DNA of 64,000 nt from Myxococcota bacterium (GCA_029243605.1 JAQWRT010000010.1:64175-128174), one strand, 5' to 3'. Shown: positions 1 through 8,416, counted from the stretch's first letter. Numbers and translations: made by a program. Notes: a model not told the origin generated them from the letters alone.

Positions 1-198
1 TTTGAGGACGAGGGCGATCGGAAACGGTGGCGAAGCCACAGCGAAGATCTCTCCATCGATAGCGTGCTCGATACCCTCTGCGCCGACCTACGCCATCGCG
101 GGCGCCTGGGCGATACCCGGCCCCCCAACCAGGAACTCGCCCAACTCCTGGTCGAGGAATACATCAAGTTCCCCGCCCCCCAAGCAGCCAGCCACTAA
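1..198 (+). CDS. 3' end of an unidentified protein-coding gene (partial, frame 1, stop TAA at 196-198)
   Basis: The frame-1 translation FEDEGDRKRWRSHSEDLSIDSVLDTLCADLRHRGRLGDTRPPNQELAQLLVEEYIKFPAPQAASH* has ordinary composition and GC3-rich codons like its neighbours. The track ORF 2..244 (frame 2) is Pro/Ser/Ala-rich low complexity and looks spurious. No family recognised. Confidence 0.35.
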   Translation, partial: FEDEGDRKRWRSHSEDLSIDSVLDTLCADLRHRGRLGDTRPPNQELAQLLVEEYIKFPAPQAASH

Positions 199-300
199 GG
201 CCTCTCAGCCTCGCCGGCTAACCCTTTCGGGCCGCATCATGTGAGCCGCCCGTACCCCTAATACGAGAGATACCTGCGCACGCCAGTTAAGGAGATCACC

Positions 301-1044
301 ATGGCCGTAGAGAACGAATACATCGATATCCCGACCCCCGATGGAAGCCAGATGAGGGGATATCTCGCGCGACCGGCGGGAGATGAAATCCTTCCCGGTG
401 TCGTGATCTTCATGGAAATCTTTGGCATCAACTCCCATATTCGTGACGTCACCGAACGAATCGCTGCCGAGGGCTTCGTTGCCCTGGCCCCGGACTACTT
501 CAACCGAACGGCGCCTGGCATGGAACTTGGCTATGACGACGACGGCATGAGCGAGGGAATGAAGCACCTAGGGCAACTCCAGGCCGATCAGATGATTTCC
601 GATGCCCAGGCCACCATCGCCCTACTCGAATCCCGCCCGGATGTCGGCGGAGCGGGCATTGGGGCCATGGGCTTCTGCATCGGCGGACATATGGCCTTTC
701 TGACCGCCTGCACCAGTCACGTTCGCGCCACGGCCTCTTATTATGGAGGCGGTATTGCCGCGCCCCAGGGGCCGGGAGGAAGTGAATCGACCCTGGGCCG
801 CACCGCTGGCATCGGCGGACGCATCCATTGCTATTTCGGCGGTCAGGACAGCATGATTCCCGCCGATCAAGTCGACGCCGTTCGGGCTGCGCTGACTGAG
901 GCCAAGGTCGATCACGAGGTTCAGGTCTATCCCGAGGCGGACCACGGCTTCCATTGCGACCAGCGCGGTACGTTCAACTCCGATGCCGCCGCCGACGCCT
1001 GGCAGCGAACAATTGCCCTCTTCAACCAGCAGCTTCGCGACTAG
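301..1044 (+). CDS. dienelactone hydrolase family protein
   Basis: 247 aa. The N-terminus (IDIPTPDGSQMRGYLARPAG...PGVVIFMEIFGIN) and GFCIGG nucleophile-elbow region are typical of DLH alpha/beta hydrolases. An AAGGAG Shine-Dalgarno lies 7 nt upstream of the ATG. Confidence 0.85.
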   Translation: MAVENEYIDIPTPDGSQMRGYLARPAGDEILPGVVIFMEIFGINSHIRDVTERIAAEGFVALAPDYFNRTAPGMELGYDDDGMSEGMKHLGQLQADQMISDAQATIALLESRPDVGGAGIGAMGFCIGGHMAFLTACTSHVRATASYYGGGIAAPQGPGGSESTLGRTAGIGGRIHCYFGGQDSMIPADQVDAVRAALTEAKVDHEVQVYPEADHGFHCDQRGTFNSDAAADAWQRTIALFNQQLRD

Positions 1045-1101
1045 GGCACCGGGGCTGACACCTCGCCCCCAAGAGCCCACCGGCTCCGGCGCTCTCGCTT
1101 C

Positions 1102-2175
1102 CTAGTTCGAAAGCGGGACCGATTTCCCCGAGAGCTGACTTTCCACGAGCATCCCGCAAGCGATCCACTTGTCCCGTGTTCTCTCGGTGATCAAGCCCAG
1201 GCGAATCAGGTTTGGGACGACAGTGTGCATATACAACTGGGAATTGAGCTCATTCCATTCGGGCATGGCGAGCATTCCCTCGGTGACCTGGTTCGCATCG
1301 ATTCCGTATTTCGGTCCGAGAGCGTGAAGCATCCCCAACTGCTGGGAAGCGTTGAGCGCTTCGAGGACCTTGAAGGCCCAATCTTCCATCTGATCACGCT
1401 GCTCAGGCTCAGCGCGCTCCACCACTCGACGCATGGTGAAAACCCCGAAGGCTGCGTGCCGCGCCTCGTCTTGTTCGGCTCGCTGGAGCAACTTCACCAG
1501 GAGAGGGTTGAAGGCCTGCTCGCGCATCATGCCCATAATTCCCACGGCCATTCCCTCGAAGAGGGTCTGCATCCCGAGGGTTTTCATATGGTAACCCTCC
1601 ACCACCAAGAGTTCGTCGAGGAGGAATTTTAAGGTCGGCATGATGGGATAGATCGTGCCCATCTTTTCTCCCGTCAGGCGAGCGAAAATCTCGATATGCC
1701 GAGCCTCATCGGCGACCTGGTTGGCTGCGTAGAGCTTTTCGTCCGTGGTCGGGCAGAGTGAGGTCAACTGGCCGCAGAGTTGAAGAGCCGCCTGCTCGCC
1801 GTGCAAAAGCTGGGAGCAGGTGTAGGCAACCTCGTCAAACATGGCTGCCTTCTGTTCGGCCTCGCTTTTCCCCATCATCTTCAACAGGTTGGCGAGCATC
1901 GACATGTCGAGTTCGCCCATCCACTCGTCCTTGCTCACCGGGGTTTCCCAATCCAGGTCCTTCGAAGCGTTCCACTGATTGGCTTTGCCCTTCTCGTAGA
2001 GCGACCTCAGTTCTTCAACTTCACTTCCGTATTCCCAATCGTTCCAGCGAATATGGGTTGGCGTGTCGACGGAAAGGGTTTCTCTCATAGAGGAAATCTC
2101 TTCCGAATCTGCAAAGTCAATCAGCTCAAAGCCCGCCACGGATCGCCGGGTGTGGTTCAGAAATTTGGAATCCAA
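1102..2175 (-). CDS. ferritin-like di-iron carboxylate oxygenase family protein (AurF-like four-helix-bundle type; substrate unknown)
   Basis: 357 aa with two E-x-x-H motifs (ADEARHIEIF and QDEARHAAFG), each preceded by an acidic helix (LHGEQAAL, LFEGMAVG). This is the spacing expected for a di-iron centre. Confidence 0.65.
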   Translation of the reverse strand: MDSKFLNHTRRSVAGFELIDFADSEEISSMRETLSVDTPTHIRWNDWEYGSEVEELRSLYEKGKANQWNASKDLDWETPVSKDEWMGELDMSMLANLLKMMGKSEAEQKAAMFDEVAYTCSQLLHGEQAALQLCGQLTSLCPTTDEKLYAANQVADEARHIEIFARLTGEKMGTIYPIMPTLKFLLDELLVVEGYHMKTLGMQTLFEGMAVGIMGMMREQAFNPLLVKLLQRAEQDEARHAAFGVFTMRRVVERAEPEQRDQMEDWAFKVLEALNASQQLGMLHALGPKYGIDANQVTEGMLAMPEWNELNSQLYMHTVVPNLIRLGLITERTRDKWIACGMLVESQLSGKSVPLSN

Positions 2176-2211
2176 TTTAGTTCTCCTTCAAATTCGACCA
2201 AGAGGGCGGCT

Positions 2212-3306
2212 TTAGCGGCCCAGAAGATCTTGCAATGCATGGGTCTGGGCGGTCTCGTCGTCACCGACATCCAGGTTGGTATTGCGCGACCCCCCGAAAT
2301 TATTCAACCCCAGACGCTCGCGGAATTCCCCCGAGCCCACCCGGGTTCCCTCATCCAAAGGGATCCCGATACTATCGGCCACTCGGACCAAGCCGTTAAA
2401 ACTTCCCACTGTCGCTGCCGCCTGCACCAAAGCTTCCTCGCCCGCAGCGGCGAGCAATTGTCCGCGCACCTCGGCGAGTTCCTCGCTTCCTCGGGTCGCG
2501 GCCTCGGCGAAGGCGATGAGAAGCCCTCCATGGGGAACCCCTCCATCGCCGTGGCCCACCGCTGCATCGAGTTCCGCTTCCTCGCCAATCGCCTCGCTGC
2601 TCGCACGGAGCAGCAATACATGCGAGGTCGTTCAGTAGAAACACTCGTTCACCGAGGACACCCTAGCCGCGACGAGTTCGACCTGGGGGCGCGAGAGGGC
2701 GCTTTCATCCCAGACCAATTCGGAGAAGCGCTTCAGCGCGTACATGCTGCCGACCAATCCGAAAAAGGCTGCATTGTCTAGGGGCACAAGACCCAGGGCT
2801 TTGGAGACGTTCGGCCCCGGAAGGCCCTTCGCCGTGGGAACAAAGGCTCCGGCTTCTGCCACACCCTCGGGCCGAACCCGATCGGGCTCTCCCGGCAAAG
2901 CCGCCGGCAAGGGCTCAAGATCAACGCCGAGAGCTTCGGCGAAGGCATCGATGACCGTCGTGCAAACCACGACGGCGCAAAGTTCGGCGTAGGCGGCATC
3001 GCCAAACTCCTCAACCCAGTCCGCGACCCACTCGGCGTTCAGGGCATGAACATCCACCGCGACCTTGAGCACGAGTTCCACCGCCCGGTCGGGGAGAATG
3101 TCCGGCTCGGAGAGAGGGGCCGTCCGCTGCCACGGGGGAAGACTCCGGCGGCTCCGAACGTCTCGAGCCAGACGGGCAGCCTCCACCCGCTGAGTTCCAG
3201 TCCACCAGGAGCCCGGCGAGGCGATCCGGTGCCAGGCCGAACGGTGAGCGTCCGCGATCTCTTCCGGTACCGCGTGGGGGGACGAGGCGTAAAGAAAGGA
3301 ATTCAC
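2212..3306 (-). CDS. AhpD/carboxymuconolactone-decarboxylase-like redox protein, candidate selenoprotein (in-frame UGA at 2632-2634)
   Basis: Track ORFs 2632..3306(-) and 2212..2616(-) are in the same frame, separated only by TGA plus 5 sense codons. The read-through junction is ...VNE-C-F-Y-[UGA]-T-T-S-H-VLLLRASSEA..., which equals the AhpD-family C-x-x-C-x-x-x-H active-site spacing with UGA in place of the second Cys. The downstream piece has only a TTG 'start' and no Shine-Dalgarno. GTG start at 3306. Confidence 0.6.
2594..2616 (-). promoter_or_regulatory. SECIS-like mRNA hairpin downstream of the in-frame UGA
   Basis: The mRNA reads UGA-ACGACCUCGCAUGUA-UU GCUGCUC CGUGC GAGCAGC GA. It forms a 7-bp perfect G/C-rich stem (2608-2614 with 2596-2602), extendable by U.G and U-A pairs. 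The 5-nt apical loop CGUGC contains GU. The stem starts 15 nt after the UGA and the loop starts 24 nt after it. Confidence 0.45.
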
Positions 3307-3333
3307 GCGTCAAATTCTAGCGTACTCGCCCCC

Positions 3334-4332
3334 TCAATCCCCTCTGCTCTCCCCGGCTCCTGTCCTCTCTGCTCCTGCACTCTCCGCTCCCCCACGACTT
3401 TCCAGGCGACGAAGCCGGTAGGAAACGTCTTCCAGCAGGCTGCGACTGCCGTTGATCAGGTCGGCCACAATACCGGTGAGGATCATCTGAAACCCGGCCA
3501 GCATCAGGATCGCTGCGAGGATCAGGGATTGCACATGAAGCGAGTGGTGGTCCGTAAAGAAGAAGAAGTAGACAAAGCGCAAGCCGAGCAGAACCCCAAG
3601 GGTCATGACGAGCCCCCCCAGCGCGGAGAAGACCTTCATGGCGCCATAAGACGAGTAGACCCGCAGCAAGATGCCCGCAGAGCGCCCGATAAACTCGCCC
3701 AGGCTCGAGAAGAGTCTCGACTCGCGTAGCGCTTCGTTGGTCCCGATGGGAACGCTGAGCGTCGGGATTCGACGCCTTCCCGCCTGAATGACGTGGTCGA
3801 CGGTATGGTCGAATTCGGCGAGGTTATTGATACGCGAAGCCGCCTCGCGTGAATACGCTTTGAAGCCACTCGCGACGTCGGGCACATCGAGCCGAGCCAA
3901 GCGGCTCACGGTTCGACTTCCCCATTTCTGAAGCCGCTTCTTGGTCGGGGAGAAGTGCTCGATTTCATCGGGCTGACGATCCCCGATCACCAGTTCGGCC
4001 CTGCCCTCGAGGATCGGACGAACCAGCTTGGCAATATCGGACCCGCAGTATTGGTTGTCCCCGTCCGTATTCACGATCAGGTCTGCGCCCTCGCCCAGGG
4101 CATAATCGATCCCCGCGGCAAAGGCATGGCCCAGCCCTCGATTGGCCGCGAACCGGACAAGGTGGTCGACCCCGTGCTCCAGGGCGATCTCCGACGTTCG
4201 ATCGCTACTTCCATCGTCGATGACCAGAATTTCGATGGAATCGATGCCTTCGATCTGGCTGGGAAGATCGCGGAGGGTCGCCGGAAGCGTGAGTTCCTCG
4301 TCGAGACACGGAATCTGGATGATGAGCTTCAA
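3334..4332 (-). CDS. family 2 glycosyltransferase, GtrB/ArnC/Dpm1-like polyprenyl-phosphate sugar synthase type with C-terminal TM helices
   Basis: The GT2 core reads KLIIQIPCLDEE...ILVIDDGSSDRT...NTDGDNQY, with two hydrophobic C-terminal segments (FSALGGLVMTLGVLLGLRFVYFFFF; LILAAILMLAGFQMILTGIVADL). The 490-aa track ORF is over-extended into the divergent intergenic region. I place the start at TTG 4332 (LKLIIQIP); the exact start is uncertain. Confidence 0.75.
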   Translation of the reverse strand: MKLIIQIPCLDEELTLPATLRDLPSQIEGIDSIEILVIDDGSSDRTSEIALEHGVDHLVRFAANRGLGHAFAAGIDYALGEGADLIVNTDGDNQYCGSDIAKLVRPILEGRAELVIGDRQPDEIEHFSPTKKRLQKWGSRTVSRLARLDVPDVASGFKAYSREAASRINNLAEFDHTVDHVIQAGRRRIPTLSVPIGTNEALRESRLFSSLGEFIGRSAGILLRVYSSYGAMKVFSALGGLVMTLGVLLGLRFVYFFFFTDHHSLHVQSLILAAILMLAGFQMILTGIVADLINGSRSLLEDVSYRLRRLESRGGAESAGAERTGAGESRGD

Positions 4333-4560
4333 GCGCTGCCCCCGATGACGTTGTCTGTACCGCTTGAGAATACGCGATTTGCCCAGGGAGCGACGGCCAT
4401 CGAAAAGATAAGGGGGCTCAAACCGATCCCTGGCCCAGTGCTTGACCCGGACGAAGGGGGGGCGGGGCGGCACTGGAAAAAGCACCCACCTCGGGAGGAA
4501 AAAGTGGCTGTCCAGCGCACACGCGCCCGGGTACGGGTATCCTCGGGCTCTGGGGTGGGG

Positions 4561-6108
4561 ATGGGATTCTCGAAGCAGCGGCGTTGCGCCTTCTGGCTGG
4601 GCCTGGTTCTGATTCTCGCCCTGGTCGGCCCGAATTCGGGGCGGAGCGAACCTCCGGGGGCCGAACCCGAGCCCCCCTCGGACCCCTCGGACCCCTGGGA
4701 CCCCTGGGAACTCGGCTTCGAAGCCCTCGAGCAGGGCGAATGGACTGCCGCGATCGAGTTCTTCTCCGGGCTGAGCCTCGAGCAGCCCGACAACGCCGCA
4801 CTTCACTACTACCTGGGAGTCGCCTGGGTGAGTTCTGGAGACGACCTCTCTGGGGTGGAGGCTTTCGCCGACGCCGCCGATCTCGACCCGACGCTCAGGT
4901 GGGTTCAGGCTGACCTGGGGATGAGCCTATACCGCCTGGGTGAACTCGATCTCGCCGAGGAACATCTCCTGGAGGCATTGCTCCAGGGTCCGGACGAAGC
5001 CGATGTTCTGCTCTACCTCGGACTCATCGACCTCACCCATGGGTACGCCGAACGGGGCAACCGGATGATCGAGGAGAGCGTGGCTCTCCATCCGGCGATC
5101 GCCGCCCCCGCCTTCTTTCAGGCCGCCGGAGTATCCCTCGACCGCAACGACCTCACCGCCGCGACGATCTACCTCGAGCGCGGCGCCCTGGCCAAGGGCC
5201 CCGAAGAGTGGCGCGCGGCCTCCGCCGAGTTGTTGGCCAGCCTGAGCGAAGCCAAGATGGGCTCACGTCGCATTCGCCTCATGGCCGCCGTCGGATTCGA
5301 AAACGATGACAACCTGACCGTGAGTGAACAGGACCTATCGACCGGTGTGGGTGATATCTCCGGAACCTTTGAAGTCGACATAGAAGTCGTCGTCGTCGAA
5401 AATGAAAATCTCGTGGTTGCCGTGGGATACGATTTCTTTCAGAGCGTTTACCAGGATCTGGAGGCATTTAATCTCCAAATCAACGAGCCCCATCTCCAGA
5501 TTTCCGGCTTCATGGATTTTTTGCAGCCCGTAATCACCTACGCGTACCGAAGCGAGAGCTACCGCGATCTCGACTACCTCGATTCAAATATCCTCGATCT
5601 CGATCTCGCCCTTTGTCACTGGGAACACACCTGCGTCCTACTTGGGACGGGCTACGAACGACGCGATTTCGCCGCGACTCCCTTTGCCCCGCAGAGGGTG
5701 GCCAATCGTTACTCGCTCTTCGTAGGCCAGCAGACTTTTTTCTTGGACGGAAAACTCGCATTCTCCTTGAGCTGGGAGCCTCAATGGCAAAATTCGGAGC
5801 AGGCTTTCCTCAGCTACGACGCACAGATCGCGAATATCGGTCTCACGGCGATGCTCGACCCCTTCTATAAGGGGCTACTCCTGGGCGCCTCGTATGAGTT
5901 CGAGTCCCGGGACTACTCAAAGGCCGACTACGCGAGAGAACTCAAGCGAGAGGACGATCGCCATATCGTATGGACGGGCATCCGATTTCCGCTCATCGGT
6001 CCGACCCAGATCTCCTTCGACTACATGCTGATCCTGTCTCGATCGAGCATCACAGCCCTTAACTACAACGAGAATATCGTCAGCCTCAAACTCTGGGCCT
6101 GGCATTGA
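4561..6108 (+). CDS. secreted TPR-repeat protein with C-terminal outer-membrane beta-barrel-like domain (DUF560/Slam-like or PgaA/BcsC-like architecture)
   Basis: ATG at 4561 is followed by a signal peptide (MGFSKQRRCAFWLGLVLILALVG). TPR-like repeats follow (AALHYYLGVAWVSSGD..., ADLGMSLYRLGELDLAEEHL...). The C-terminal ~270 aa have alternating amphipathic beta-strand patterning and an aromatic terminus (SLKLWAWH). The track ORF from 3955 is a false 5' extension antisense to the GT2 gene. Confidence 0.6.
   Translation: MGFSKQRRCAFWLGLVLILALVGPNSGRSEPPGAEPEPPSDPSDPWDPWELGFEALEQGEWTAAIEFFSGLSLEQPDNAALHYYLGVAWVSSGDDLSGVEAFADAADLDPTLRWVQADLGMSLYRLGELDLAEEHLLEALLQGPDEADVLLYLGLIDLTHGYAERGNRMIEESVALHPAIAAPAFFQAAGVSLDRNDLTAATIYLERGALAKGPEEWRAASAELLASLSEAKMGSRRIRLMAAVGFENDDNLTVSEQDLSTGVGDISGTFEVDIEVVVVENENLVVAVGYDFFQSVYQDLEAFNLQINEPHLQISGFMDFLQPVITYAYRSESYRDLDYLDSNILDLDLALCHWEHTCVLLGTGYERRDFAATPFAPQRVANRYSLFVGQQTFFLDGKLAFSLSWEPQWQNSEQAFLSYDAQIANIGLTAMLDPFYKGLLLGASYEFESRDYSKADYARELKREDDRHIVWTGIRFPLIGPTQISFDYMLILSRSSITALNYNENIVSLKLWAWH
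4672..4707 (+). repeat. imperfect 9-bp tandem repeat (gacccctcg/gacccctgg, about 4 units) inside the coding sequence
   Basis: The sequence read directly is cccccctcg gacccctcg gacccctgg gacccctgg. It encodes the P-S-D-P-S-D-P-W-D-P-W linker just after the signal peptide of the TPR/barrel protein. Confidence 0.8.
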
Positions 6109-6521
6109 TCGGGCTGGCCTTCGCCTTCAAAATTGCTCTTTGAAGGGTCGAAGATCGATTTCCTGGCTCCACGCCGACGGGTGCTGGGTATGCAGCATCC
6201 ACCTTGGCTAGCGCCAACGACCACGGCCACTTTCCCGGTGCGATCTACCTGCATTCTTCCCCTCCTGCTTATGCATCACGCGCTACCACCGTTCTAGACG
6301 GCCACCCCGTGAATCACCCGTGGACTCCGCACCCGATCCCACTCCAGCCAGAATTCGCCAATCGCTCTCGAGCGAACCAATGTGCAGCATCCAGCCAGCA
6401 ACAGGAAGGCAACTCGGGGTAATTCTTGCGAAATATTGGGAGCATTTACTCCAGAGGATCACCCTAGAAGACGATATGTCAGTATCGCAATCCACAATCC
6501 GTTAGAGAGGTCGCTGGAACC

Positions 6522-7070
6522 ATGATGAGGGTCAAAAAAAATTTCGGATTTACACTGATTGAACTGATGATCGTTGTTGCGATCATCGGGATTCTCGCCG
6601 CCACGGCTATACCCAGTTATCGCCGGTTTCAACTGCGAAGCAAGACCACCGAGGCCAAGATCAACCTCGCATCGATCAAGACCGCAGAGTTGGCCTACGC
6701 CGCCGAGTACGGTGGCTTCATCGCATCCGGACTCTCACCTTCGACCCTGGGCGGCGCACAAGCTCAACCCTTCATCGATACTGGAAACCCGGGACAAAAC
6801 TTCGCCAGCCTCGGCTGGGAACCCGAAGGCAAAGTCTATTTTCAATACCAGGTGGCCTCCACCGGCGATGCTTTCTCGGCGGCGGCTAGGGCCGATATTG
6901 ATGGCGACAGCACACCTCAAATATGGGGATATGTCCAACCCGCGACCAGTGGCGCGATTGCCGCAATCCCCTTCGGCTGTGCGGGAATCTACAATCCTAT
7001 TACTCAGACCTTCGACCTCGTTCAGTCGACGGGCCCCTGTCAGGCCTCTCACGGACAAAGCGTCTTCTAG
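6522..7070 (+). CDS. pilA: type IVa pilin (PilA-like major pilin)
   Basis: Class III signal/N-methylation motif MMRVKKNFG|FTLIELMIVVAIIGILAATAIPSY with Glu at +5. A C-terminal Cys pair (GCAGIYNPITQTFDLVQSTGPC) fits a D-region disulfide loop. Confidence 0.9.
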   Translation: MMRVKKNFGFTLIELMIVVAIIGILAATAIPSYRRFQLRSKTTEAKINLASIKTAELAYAAEYGGFIASGLSPSTLGGAQAQPFIDTGNPGQNFASLGWEPEGKVYFQYQVASTGDAFSAAARADIDGDSTPQIWGYVQPATSGAIAAIPFGCAGIYNPITQTFDLVQSTGPCQASHGQSVF

Positions 7071-7142
7071 GGCTTAGTCCCGAGCTTTCTACCGCACCTT
7101 TGGACGAAAGCCAGCGGGGCTCCACACCCAACGCCCCTCGGC

Positions 7143-8411
7143 TCAACGATCGACGAGATAGAGACTGAGGGCGGGCCAGTACGTGATCAGCAATACCGTC
7201 AAGAGCAAGATCACGAAAAAGGGAATCGTGGCGCGGTAGACCTCGAGTACGGGCCGATCGAAACGATAGCTGGCGATGAAGAGATTCATGCCCACCGGGG
7301 GCGTGATGTAGCCAATTTGCATATTGGCCAGGAAAATAATCCCCAGGTGAACCGGGTCGATCCCGTAACCGATGGCGATGGGCAGGATGATGGGAACTAT
7401 GATCACCAGCGCGGAGAAAATATCGAGCATCATCCCCAGCCCGAGCAAAAAGATATTGAGCAAGATAAGAAAAGTGAGCTTGCTATCGACATGGGCGCGC
7501 ACCGTGTCGAAGAGCTTGGTTGGAACCTCGGCATCGATCAAGTAGTTGGTCGAGGCCATCGAGACGCCAAGGATGATAAAAATCGCCCCGACGAGAACCA
7601 TGGACTCGCGCATGATCTCCGGCAGTTCACGCAGAGAGATTTCCCGGCGAATGAAAACCGTGATTACGAGCACGTAGAGCGCTGTCACCGCAGCGGCTTC
7701 CGAGAGCGCAAAATAGCCCCCGTAGATTCCGCCTAAGACCACCACTGGGAGGGGGATTTCCCATGCGGCTTCTCGAATCGCCGCGAAGGCCTCGGATCGC
7801 GAGAACCGGTGGTTGGTATCCACGATGCCCCGGGCTCGCCACATACTATAGAGGGCGAGTAACAGGACCATCAGGAGACCAGGAAGAAGGCCTGCGGCAA
7901 AAAGGTCGTCGATGCGAATCGCCTGATCGAGATTCATCTGCTGAGCGACGACGCCGTAAAGGATCAGGGGAAGGGCCGGAGCAAAGAGAAGTCCGAGACT
8001 TCCCGAGGTCGTAACCAAACCCAAGCTGAAGTTTTCCGGGTAGCGCGCCTCCTTCAGCGCTGGGTAGAGCAGCGCCCCCAGGGCAACGATGGTCACTCCC
8101 GAAGCCCCGGTAAACGCGGTGAAGAGCGCACAGGCCACCAGGGAAACAATGGCCAGGCCGCCGCTCAACCAACCGAGGACCGCGTGAGTCAAACGGACAA
8201 GGCGGGCTGGGGTGCCGCTCTCCCCGAGTAAGTAGCCGGCAAAGGTAAAAAGAGGGATCGCCAGCAGAACGGGCGTTTCGGCCAGGCGATAGATCTCGAT
8301 TCCCATGACCTGGAGATCAACGTCCTCGCCCGAAAAGCCCAGCATTGCGCTGGCGGCGATGACCGCGAAGAGGGGCGTGCCCACCAGGGCCAGTAAGCCG
8401 AAGAGGACCAT
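7143..8411 (-). CDS. dctM: TRAP transporter large permease subunit (DctM family)
   Basis: Polytopic protein of about 423 aa starting MVLFGLLALVGTPLFAVIAASAMLGF, with a typical DctM sequence throughout. The start is re-set to ATG 8411, 5 nt after the dctQ stop. The track ORF to 8636 overlaps dctQ and is over-extended. Confidence 0.9.
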   Translation of the reverse strand: MVLFGLLALVGTPLFAVIAASAMLGFSGEDVDLQVMGIEIYRLAETPVLLAIPLFTFAGYLLGESGTPARLVRLTHAVLGWLSGGLAIVSLVACALFTAFTGASGVTIVALGALLYPALKEARYPENFSLGLVTTSGSLGLLFAPALPLILYGVVAQQMNLDQAIRIDDLFAAGLLPGLLMVLLLALYSMWRARGIVDTNHRFSRSEAFAAIREAAWEIPLPVVVLGGIYGGYFALSEAAAVTALYVLVITVFIRREISLRELPEIMRESMVLVGAIFIILGVSMASTNYLIDAEVPTKLFDTVRAHVDSKLTFLILLNIFLLGLGMMLDIFSALVIIVPIILPIAIGYGIDPVHLGIIFLANMQIGYITPPVGMNLFIASYRFDRPVLEVYRATIPFFVILLLTVLLITYWPALSLYLVDR

Positions 8412-8416
8412 GGGGA

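Noticed and set aside
3334-4806. 5'-extended versions of real genes in the track: 3334..4806, 3955..6108, 7143..8636, 19987..21528, 25661..28285, 38963..39862, 40804..42036, 41868..42827, 47860..49827, 54739..55878.
   Set aside because: The extensions overlap neighbouring genes or divergent promoter regions and are low-complexity. The recognisable protein begins at an internal ATG/GTG/TTG, often exactly at an overlap with the upstream stop. Shorter coordinates are reported instead.
4561-6108. A firm call of the TPR/barrel protein as a Slam (surface lipoprotein translocator).
   Set aside because: Only the domain architecture fits. No adjacent substrate lipoprotein is present and no HMM evidence is available. 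I kept the call as 'DUF560/Slam-like or PgaA/BcsC-like'.
6124-6146. An 8-bp inverted repeat (ccttcaaa-attgctc-tttgaagg) 16 nt after the TPR/barrel gene stop, considered as a rho-independent terminator.
   Set aside because: The stem is short and A/T-containing, and no U-tract follows. It is too weak to call.
6204-6505. Small ORFs (61-72 aa) in the intergenic region upstream of pilA.
   Set aside because: They overlap one another on both strands, lack Shine-Dalgarno sequences and have atypical composition. The region is more plausibly a promoter/leader.
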